Shown here piece by piece: positions 55,514 to 63,521 of a DNA stretch of 64,000 nt; position 1 is the stretch's first letter; each line of letters opens with the position of its first letter. Location of the stretch: positions 43,455 to 107,454 of the IMG/VR virus record IMGVR_UViG_3300032242_002636. The stretch is one strand, 5' to 3'. The position numbers and the translations under genes were made by a program. This stretch comes from a virus. The notes under the pieces are model-generated. The model was not told the DNA's origin, did not search any database, and saw nothing but the letters and a program-made list of their open reading frames with translations.

Positions 55514-55978
55514 ATGGAAATACAAGTAATAGCTCCTCAACCAGTAGAAAACTCTCTAGATTCAACTAGAGAGTTTGGAATTCTTTTATTAAAGGCAGAA
55601 TCTATCATTCATATGGTTCATTGGTATGTCTTAAATTATGATGCCCATAAAATACTTGGTAATCTCTATGAAGATCTTGATGGATTATTTGATAAGATTC
55701 AAGAAGAAATAATAGGAGTTTGTAGACAGAATAATATAACACTTCCTAGAATTAACTCTGTTATATTAGATTTAGACTATATATTGCAATATAGAGATGA
55801 GAATAGTAATATACTAGAAACCTATTATAAGGTTTATAATATTCTCATAGAGCTTTTAACTTCTTTGGAATTTAACAATTTCCTAACCCAAGCAAAAACA
55901 GGTATACATAATACTGTTGATGATATTATAACCAGATTAAATAAAGCAAATTACCTTCTTTCTTTGGTAAAAAACTAG
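55514..55978 (+). CDS. ferritin/Dps-like four-helix bundle protein
   Basis: HMVHW....Y..HK.L..LYE.L....DKIQE, and C-terminal DDI...LNK..YLL.L. Confidence 0.7.
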   Translation: MEIQVIAPQPVENSLDSTREFGILLLKAESIIHMVHWYVLNYDAHKILGNLYEDLDGLFDKIQEEIIGVCRQNNITLPRINSVILDLDYILQYRDENSNILETYYKVYNILIELLTSLEFNNFLTQAKTGIHNTVDDIITRLNKANYLLSLVKN

Positions 55979-58900
55979 TTTTGTATTAATCCTAGTCCCT
56001 TATATAACTCATAAGAGAATTCAGAATCAATGAATCCTTCCTCACCAAACCAATAGTTTGCTGTTGAAAGATTTTCATTAATTGTTGTTTGTGGATTATC
56101 CCAATCAATGAGACCAGCCACTTGTTTCATATCATAACTAGGTACAAATTCATAAAATTCATAGTATTGTTGCCAGTTATTTTCTAATCCTATGAATACA
56201 CTAAGGTCGTAAAGAGAATAGGTATAATTTCCGTATATCTCTCCTGTAGGTATTATTCTATATTTGTTTAAAGTTTTATCTTTTAATATAACTGGTTTTC
56301 CAGCTGTTATAGTATATGTTAATGAATTTATTAAACTTCCTTTATTACTAATACTTTGATTATTGATATTGATAAATGCATCCTGACTTAATGAACGTGA
56401 ACCAAATAGTCTAGATTGATTTACACTTGCATAATCAACTAATCTTTGAATATTAGGAGGAAAGTTTAACCTAAAATCTTCAGAATCCATTCCTATTTCC
56501 TGTGCCATATCATAAAGTTGATTGATATTACAATAATCTATGTCGGAATGATTTGATACATAGTTTGCAATTTTTTCATAGGTTGCTAAGCCCAAATCAT
56601 CATGAGCAAATGGATATTTTCCATAAATAGAACCTAAGAAATTTTCAAATAAATTAGTACTTTCATTAAGTGCTGGCATAAACGCTAATGATTGCATTTG
56701 ACCTGCCATATCAAAATCTTCATTTTTCTTAAAAATATCATAATCTTCATGCTTGATGAAATTTAAATATTTAGATTGACCAGTTATTTGAACAGTAAAT
56801 GTATCTCCTTTATAGAATGGTAAACTAATATTACCATATTTATTAACCCATTTAAGACCTGACCAATCTCCTGATGCCTGTAGAGATTTATTCCAAAGAG
56901 ATGCAGACATCACAGTTGGACTTGATTGATCTTCTAAATAGAATGTAAATCCTTGTGGATTGATATAGAATTTGTTTAGGAATTTTCTATTAACTGCATC
57001 AATTACATAAACTTGATTTTCAATTGAATTAATTACATAGACTCTTCCCTTGAGATCACAGGCAATACCTTCTAATGCTGTTTCATCATTTCCATAATTA
57101 GGATTTAACCAATCAGCAGCATTTGTTGTTTGATTAGAACCTGAAAGATTGATAGTAAAGATATCACCTGTATCTTCATCAATAGATCCTATCCAACTAT
57201 AACTAAAGGTAAACCAAGGATTTTGATTTGAGTCTATAGTTAGGTAGTTTAGACCTCTTATAGGGAATACAGAACTTAATAATTGACCTGTAGAAGATCT
57301 CTTTTCAAGAGTACATTGAGAATCCCATATATTATTAGATAATGCAATCCATATATTATCTTTATTATCTACAACAATTTGTTGAGGACATGAACATACT
57401 GGATAGGTGTGCGAATAAATCATTCCACCTTGAGAGTTATATTTTACTAAATAACCACTAGCATAATGAGAATATGTTACCCATGCATTATCCTTTGAAT
57501 CTGTATCAACACAATTAGGTTCTACAAAATTAAGATCGACATTGTTTAGTTTATTCCAATCGTACTTAGCAGTCTGATCATAATCATAATATGAATTCTC
57601 AGCATACCAAGGACCAGCTATATTAGGAGCAGGAGGAAATAGATATCCAGTACTAGAAAGTGGTATTGTAGCAAATAAGAAATTTCCCCATCTATCAAAC
57701 TTAAGAGTTGAGATAGTGTCATGGAGAGTCATCCATATATTCTGTTTACTATCTAATACTATAGAAGCAGGAGAAACCTGATCAGGTGAAAGAAATCCTA
57801 ATTGATTATCATATACAACCTGATTAACATCAATAGCACATAGAATATCTCCATTGGTTGTTAATCTGTAAAGATAGTTCAATTCAGAATCTAATGCCCA
57901 TGCATGATAATCAGGGAAAGGCATAGCAGCTATACTATAAATTCCGTGAATACCAGAAAGTGCCATAGGATCTTTTACAAAATCTACCTGATTGATTATA
58001 GGCATTCCAAAACTATGAACTTGTGCTATATTAAGATTAGGAGTAGTAACAGCAGCTGATAATGATGCACTATAGTTGTACTGAGCAGTAGCCATAAGTC
58101 CTGCTTCTGGATTAGATATCCAAAGCACAGGATTAAGATATTGAGCAGATAGTGCAGGTGGATTAAACATTGCAGATGCTGTAATGATAGCATTTAAAGA
58201 TGATACGGTATTAGTAAAAAAACTACCTTTATAATAACCCGGTGTTTTATAACCAGTATCATCTATCCATTGAAATTGTGTAGGTTCTGGTGTGAATCTA
58301 GCACTTATTCCAGTTGCTCCTAATGATAATGAAATAGAATCAGAAAGAGGAATATAATGAGCAAATGCTTTTTCTCTGTCATATAATTTAACACCATTAC
58401 TATTATCATCCCATTCAAAAGGCTCTGGATATGGTTCACTATAATCAGCAGCTACGATTAAAGGTTGTTCTGCTTCTTGCCATCTTGGATTGACATGTTC
58501 TCTTATTCCATTTTCAGATATTCTTAAAATATCAGGTGTTCTGTACATGAACAAATAAGGACATGCAACAGTAGCCAAACTATTAGAAAAACTTGGAAGA
58601 TCATCACTAAGATTAAAACTATCTCCGAAAGACCTTATTCCACTAGTACGAAGTGTAGCTATGATTGTTGTATATGGTTTTTCTTCTAAAAATAAATCAA
58701 AATTATAGATATCATCTACAAAATAAAATTCTGCAACTCCAGTTACACCAACTACTAATCCCCTTGCATCATGATTTATTTTTCCTAAATCATCTGAGTA
58801 TATTAATGTTTCACTAGGAATTATTACATCTATAGGATTTCCATTAAGGTCTAAAAATCTCCATTGAGGTCTTAGAAAAGACCATTTATTTTCAGGAATT

Positions 58901-59565
58901 TGATTTTCATATGACCTAGAGAATTGAGCACCTATATCAATATAATGCGGACCTTCTTTTGATGATGTATATTGAATACGGAAAGGATATCTATTATAAT
59001 GACCTGCAAATGTTGGAGGTGGTACATACTCAAAATAAATTGATTCATTCATCAGAAGATGAACATTCACTACAGATGAAAGACTAATTACACCAGAAGA
59101 AACATAAGCATTTAATGTTATATTATAATTTCCCGGTAAATTATATATGTGTATAGGATTTTCTATATTGCTTATAGAACCATCACCAAAATCCCACATT
59201 AAGGAATATGCAGAAAGAGTCTTATTAACATTTGTTGTGAATTGATAATGAGTTACTCTAGAATATCCTACTTCAGGAGATATTGAAAAACTTAAAGAAT
59301 TTTCAACATTTGATTTAATTGTAAAATTAACAACAGTAGCAAAATTTCCTTCAGAATTTGTTAATAGAATATAAGCTGATCTATTTCCAATTACAGTAGG
59401 AGTTCCTGTAATTAACCCACTATCAATATCAATACTCAATCCATCAGGTAAACCCACAGCAAGCCATGTAAATGGACCTGTTCCACTATAATCAATTATA
59501 TCACTAAAAAAAGTGCCAAAGATTATATCAAAAGATTGTTTAGATGGTATGAACGGAGCAGCCAT
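55975..59565 (-). CDS. large baseplate-associated protein with Ig-like, PKD and beta-propeller domains
   Basis: GLPDGLSID..SGLITGTPT (He_PIG-like); WDFGDG...NP.HIY..PG.Y (PKD); DSKQNIW/DSKDNAW/DNKDNIW/DLKGRVYV blades; follows genes 25 and 6. Confidence 0.75.
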   Translation of the reverse strand: MAAPFIPSKQSFDIIFGTFFSDIIDYSGTGPFTWLAVGLPDGLSIDIDSGLITGTPTVIGNRSAYILLTNSEGNFATVVNFTIKSNVENSLSFSISPEVGYSRVTHYQFTTNVNKTLSAYSLMWDFGDGSISNIENPIHIYNLPGNYNITLNAYVSSGVISLSSVVNVHLLMNESIYFEYVPPPTFAGHYNRYPFRIQYTSSKEGPHYIDIGAQFSRSYENQIPENKWSFLRPQWRFLDLNGNPIDVIIPSETLIYSDDLGKINHDARGLVVGVTGVAEFYFVDDIYNFDLFLEEKPYTTIIATLRTSGIRSFGDSFNLSDDLPSFSNSLATVACPYLFMYRTPDILRISENGIREHVNPRWQEAEQPLIVAADYSEPYPEPFEWDDNSNGVKLYDREKAFAHYIPLSDSISLSLGATGISARFTPEPTQFQWIDDTGYKTPGYYKGSFFTNTVSSLNAIITASAMFNPPALSAQYLNPVLWISNPEAGLMATAQYNYSASLSAAVTTPNLNIAQVHSFGMPIINQVDFVKDPMALSGIHGIYSIAAMPFPDYHAWALDSELNYLYRLTTNGDILCAIDVNQVVYDNQLGFLSPDQVSPASIVLDSKQNIWMTLHDTISTLKFDRWGNFLFATIPLSSTGYLFPPAPNIAGPWYAENSYYDYDQTAKYDWNKLNNVDLNFVEPNCVDTDSKDNAWVTYSHYASGYLVKYNSQGGMIYSHTYPVCSCPQQIVVDNKDNIWIALSNNIWDSQCTLEKRSSTGQLLSSVFPIRGLNYLTIDSNQNPWFTFSYSWIGSIDEDTGDIFTINLSGSNQTTNAADWLNPNYGNDETALEGIACDLKGRVYVINSIENQVYVIDAVNRKFLNKFYINPQGFTFYLEDQSSPTVMSASLWNKSLQASGDWSGLKWVNKYGNISLPFYKGDTFTVQITGQSKYLNFIKHEDYDIFKKNEDFDMAGQMQSLAFMPALNESTNLFENFLGSIYGKYPFAHDDLGLATYEKIANYVSNHSDIDYCNINQLYDMAQEIGMDSEDFRLNFPPNIQRLVDYASVNQSRLFGSRSLSQDAFININNQSISNKGSLINSLTYTITAGKPVILKDKTLNKYRIIPTGEIYGNYTYSLYDLSVFIGLENNWQQYYEFYEFVPSYDMKQVAGLIDWDNPQTTINENLSTANYWFGEEGFIDSEFSYELYKGLGLIQN

Positions 59566-59570
59566 TTGAA

Positions 59571-61373
59571 TTATAAGTCAACAGCTTTGATAGATCCAGT
59601 TTGTTCTATTACTTCAATTCTTGAAGCAATATCATTTATATTATTAAACACTGGATATTGAAAATATCCTAATGTAATATTCTGTGTATATACAGCTGTG
59701 TCTTGAATTGGATATAAATCATTCCATAAAAGTATTGAGATTCCATTTACAGAAGTATCTGTATCCGATCTATAAGTTTCTACATTTTCAACACCATTAA
59801 TGTTGAGGATATCAGAGGTCAATTGATATAGATCAATGACTTGTCCCAACTTAGATACTTTATGATTAAACATATTTGTGAAGAGTGTTTTGATATCAGC
59901 AATAATTGCCGAAGAAGCTCTTCTTGTGTTTTTTGATTTAATAATTCTAAGTTTATTGATATTTAAATCATTGATTGTAGGATTACTTATAGGTGATTTT
60001 GTATAAAAATCTAAGTTCATATAAACAGGATCAGAAACAACAATATTTGATGTTATTGTTTTTGATTCCTGAAGACCATTTAATATCAATTCTTTTTGTG
60101 GAGGAGATAAGAAATTCTGAAGTTCATTATTAGGAACTGCATAAACATATAGATTATTAAAGTTACAACTATTAGCAAATTTAATCTGATTAAATAATAC
60201 TTGATTCTGTAACTGTGGTTGATTTAGTCCTATATTATAAAGATACTTTATATGTCCTGTTAAATAATCATCATTACTAATGACCTTAGTATCACATATT
60301 ATATTAAAGAAATTAGACTTGATGTAAGATTCATAATCTCTTGTTGTTACAAGACGATATTGTGATCTAAAATTCTGAGGAGCATTTAATCTAATGTTAT
60401 CAACACCTTCATAATCAGAATATGAATTTGAAGGATAATCATTAGATAATGAAATATATCCTAATTGATTACTACTTAATTTCTCATCAAAATTAAAACT
60501 TGTATCGGTTAATATTTGATTGTATTGAACAGAATTAAATTGAATAATTTTTGAATTATTGATTGCATTAGATGAAATGCCTGTGGCATTAGAATCTATT
60601 TGTAGATAATAAATTGCTACCTGATCACCTTCTTGAAGTTTTCTTCCATTAACTCCATTACCAAAACTAATTTCATATTTCAGATTTTCATTAAATCTTG
60701 TTGTGTAAACATTATCGGTTGCGGTGTATAGAAAAAGATCTGATACATTTGACCATTCCTGCCAAGAATTAGCATTTTTTGGCTTTACATATACAAAAAT
60801 GTTGAAATGGTCTATTTGTACATTATCTCCTAATGCAAGGTAAATAACTTCATTATCAATACCAGCAGCACTATATAAAGGATATTCTTGGAAGGTTCCT
60901 TGATATAAGAGATAGTTATTGTTTACATCATCAATTTTTGATGCATCATCGGTTAATTTTGAAAATACTATATCTTGATTGGTTGAATACTGAGTTCCTC
61001 CTACATTGATATAACTATAACGAGGAATGAAATAATTTCCCTTGGTAAGATCAGCAGTTGCTGAAAGATTGAAAGGTACATTTTGACCAAGGCGACCTAT
61101 TGGTTTATAGTTAAGTAATTTTACAATACGATTCATGTTCTCATAAATCTGTGATTCGGAGAACATACTTTCAGAAGATGTCTTGTTTAAATAGTATAAA
61201 AGAGTAGTAAAGGTATAACTGATAATATCAATAAGACCTGATAGATTAGATCCCTGATAATTTTGATCGGTGAATACCTTTCCTTGGTTAAGACGGTTTA
61301 CTATGATATCTCTGATGCTAATACCATCAAAGGCTACATATGAATTTTTGTTAAATGGTACTAAATCGCTCAT
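59571..61373 (-). CDS. 6: baseplate wedge subunit (gp6-like)
   Basis: FTDQNYQGSNLS.LID; KLLNYKP; YEISFGNGVNG; IRLNAP...Q.RLVT..DY. Confidence 0.9.
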   Translation of the reverse strand: MSDLVPFNKNSYVAFDGISIRDIIVNRLNQGKVFTDQNYQGSNLSGLIDIISYTFTTLLYYLNKTSSESMFSESQIYENMNRIVKLLNYKPIGRLGQNVPFNLSATADLTKGNYFIPRYSYINVGGTQYSTNQDIVFSKLTDDASKIDDVNNNYLLYQGTFQEYPLYSAAGIDNEVIYLALGDNVQIDHFNIFVYVKPKNANSWQEWSNVSDLFLYTATDNVYTTRFNENLKYEISFGNGVNGRKLQEGDQVAIYYLQIDSNATGISSNAINNSKIIQFNSVQYNQILTDTSFNFDEKLSSNQLGYISLSNDYPSNSYSDYEGVDNIRLNAPQNFRSQYRLVTTRDYESYIKSNFFNIICDTKVISNDDYLTGHIKYLYNIGLNQPQLQNQVLFNQIKFANSCNFNNLYVYAVPNNELQNFLSPPQKELILNGLQESKTITSNIVVSDPVYMNLDFYTKSPISNPTINDLNINKLRIIKSKNTRRASSAIIADIKTLFTNMFNHKVSKLGQVIDLYQLTSDILNINGVENVETYRSDTDTSVNGISILLWNDLYPIQDTAVYTQNITLGYFQYPVFNNINDIASRIEVIEQTGSIKAVDL

Positions 61374-61876
61374 AGAATATTAATTTTATCTCTTTGGAAG
61401 TTTATTTCAAATTTATCAACCTTACCAATATTTAATACTTTATACACAAATATTACATAATATTGATTTTCATCTGGCATTGGCATTACTTGTACATTTT
61501 GTACTTCTATTCTTGGTTCAAATTGACCTACTGAGTTTAAAATGTTATTACCAAGTAATTTTGCTTTAACATCGGTTATACCTTCAAAAAGAAATTGGTC
61601 TAAAGAACCACCAAAGTTAGGATTAAGGATTTTCTGTCCTTTTTTTGTAGTGAATATATTATATAAAGAATTCTTTATTGCATTAGAATCATAATCAGCA
61701 ACAATATCATTGCTATTTACTGGACTTAAGCCATTTCCAACGTTCTTATCTATAGTTAAATCTAAATGAAGATCTGTATAAACGAATTGATTTGGTTTTG
61801 TCTCCTTGGCAGGATAATTAGTAGGAGAATTAACCTCTCTTGGTTTTATAAGATTATCTATGTAAATAGTAGCCAT
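61370..61876 (-). CDS. 25: baseplate wedge subunit (gp25-like; start revised to MATIY at 61876)
   Basis: YTDLHLD; D..AIKNSL.NIFTT.KG.KILNP.FG; FEPRI. Confidence 0.92.
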   Translation of the reverse strand: MATIYIDNLIKPREVNSPTNYPAKETKPNQFVYTDLHLDLTIDKNVGNGLSPVNSNDIVADYDSNAIKNSLYNIFTTKKGQKILNPNFGGSLDQFLFEGITDVKAKLLGNNILNSVGQFEPRIEVQNVQVMPMPDENQYYVIFVYKVLNIGKVDKFEINFQRDKINIL

Positions 61877-61882
61877 GTGTGG

Positions 61883-61892
61883 TAAATATTTA
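61883..61892. promoter_or_regulatory. palindromic bidirectional late promoter TAAATATTTA
   Basis: A 10-bp palindrome gives TAAATA on both strands between the divergent starts at 61876 (-) and 61912 (+). Confidence 0.6.
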
Positions 61893-61911
61893 TGATAAAA
61901 ACCCAAAATAT

Positions 61912-62526
61912 ATGAGCAAAAAGTTTAATAAATTTGAAACTCTCTGTGAAAAAGCATTCACTCACCATTCAAATGGTGGTTTCCGCACCAATACACCTGT
62001 AAAACTCCGTCCTGAGTTTTTCAATTCCGATTTCTATAAGTCACACTATCAGAAGGATTCAGCCTTTGATCAGTGGCTCAGAGGTTCAATAGAGTCAAAT
62101 CCAAATCTATTCTTCTTCATTCATGATATTGCTGCAAACAGTAATAATGCCAATGCAAAGGATGCTAATGATCTTGCTGGTTCTAATCATATTTTTCTTA
62201 CATTAAAGACCGATCCTCGTACATTACAATCACCTACAGAGTATAATGAATTCACCGTTCCCGGTGATTACAAGCTTATAGAGGTTCTTGATTTCGGTAT
62301 CAATCTTCCTCCTGTACAAGGTGTTCCTAACAAGTATGAGCACTATCAGGACTATGTTCAGTCACAACCAGTTCCTGCTAATCCTGACGAGTTTAAGGCA
62401 CTAGGCAATCAACCCACAGACAACAAGCTTCCTGTTACTCAAACTTCAATTCCTGCTTCACCTGCTATTGCTAAGAAGTATTTCACAGGTCCTAAAAAGA
62501 GTAAGAAATCTTCTAAGAAGAAGTAG
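61912..62526 (+). CDS. hypothetical late protein (start revised to MSKKF at 61912)
   Basis: N-terminal KKFNKFETLCE; Pro-rich, Lys-rich tail. Confidence 0.7.
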   Translation: MSKKFNKFETLCEKAFTHHSNGGFRTNTPVKLRPEFFNSDFYKSHYQKDSAFDQWLRGSIESNPNLFFFIHDIAANSNNANAKDANDLAGSNHIFLTLKTDPRTLQSPTEYNEFTVPGDYKLIEVLDFGINLPPVQGVPNKYEHYQDYVQSQPVPANPDEFKALGNQPTDNKLPVTQTSIPASPAIAKKYFTGPKKSKKSSKKK

Positions 62527-63454
62527 AAGTTTCCATTGCTAAAATACAGCAAAAGAAGTTAATTTCGTGATCTAACACGAAATTGTCTCTATAAAGATGC
62601 TCTCCGATATCAATTAAGAAGGTCTTCTTAACCTTGTCTGAAAGTTCATCTGAGCTATAGACATAATCAAATAGGTTCTTAAGAAGCTGTTGATAATCAT
62701 TACCAAAGCTCTTCTCTGACTCTATAACCTTCTTTCTAATGTCTAGAGAGGATATCTTACTAATAGCTATTCCCTTGATGATATAACCTGTAAGATCCAA
62801 GAGTTCATCACCATCTGGAATGATGAGTTCACCTGTTACACAGAATCTTTGTAGATCATTGATAATCCTTCTAAGATCAGGATAACGATCTGTTACAAAT
62901 TCTATAAACTTCTTCTTAGATTCATCACTAATCTTGATGTTCTCTTTTTTAATGATCTCTGCACAACGAGCAACACAATCCTCTATATCATTATGTAGCT
63001 TGAATAACATACAACGAGATCTGATTGGTTCAATGATCTTATTGATATAGTTTGCAGTTAATATAAAGCGTGTAGTATCTATATACTCCTCCATGACATT
63101 ACGAAGGATTCTAAGTGATTCTCCAGTAAGACCATCGGCTTCCTCTAGGATAACCACTTTCTTTTTACTATCAAGAGAACGAGTCTGAGCAAATGAAATG
63201 ACCTTATTTCGGATAGTATCAATACCATTCTCATCAGAGGCATTGATATATAGATACTGGCACTTTAGAATATCATTGATGATAATCTTAGCCAGAGTGC
63301 TTTTACCAGTACCCGGAGATCCATAGAAAAGAAGATTAGGGATATCTTCCTTGATTGTCTTGAAATGATCCTTGAGATCACTATCTAAAAGGATATCATC
63401 AAGCGTTTTAGGACGATATTTTTCACACCAAAGGTTATTATAATGGTTACTCAT
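62513..63454 (-). CDS. 44: clamp loader large subunit (gp44/RFC-like AAA+)
   Basis: WCEKYRP; GSPGTGKS; INASDENGID; EEADGL; SRC; PDLRRIIN. Confidence 0.96.
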   Translation of the reverse strand: MSNHYNNLWCEKYRPKTLDDILLDSDLKDHFKTIKEDIPNLLFYGSPGTGKSTLAKIIINDILKCQYLYINASDENGIDTIRNKVISFAQTRSLDSKKKVVILEEADGLTGESLRILRNVMEEYIDTTRFILTANYINKIIEPIRSRCMLFKLHNDIEDCVARCAEIIKKENIKISDESKKKFIEFVTDRYPDLRRIINDLQRFCVTGELIIPDGDELLDLTGYIIKGIAISKISSLDIRKKVIESEKSFGNDYQQLLKNLFDYVYSSDELSDKVKKTFLIDIGEHLYRDNFVLDHEINFFCCILAMETSTSS

Positions 63455-63470
63455 CTGTGTTTATAAGAGT

Positions 63471-63498
63471 ATTATAGTAGAAATTCGATAATTATCAA
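63471..63498 (-). promoter_or_regulatory. sigma70-type promoter for gene 44
   Basis: TTGATA-N16-TATAAT, 16 nt before ATG. Confidence 0.55.
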
Positions 63499-63499
63499 C

Positions 63500-63505
63500 T
63501 AAATA
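63500..63505 (+). promoter_or_regulatory. candidate late promoter TAAATA
   Basis: 16 nt before ATG 63522. Confidence 0.5.
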
Positions 63506-63521
63506 GTTACAGTATTAAAAT

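Noticed and set aside
2627-61906. ORF-track starts at 3169, 9914, 30237 (-), 38747, 38619, 47900, 61906 and 61879
   Set aside because: They overlap neighbouring genes or promoters. Downstream ATGs fit the promoter motifs or gene coupling better.
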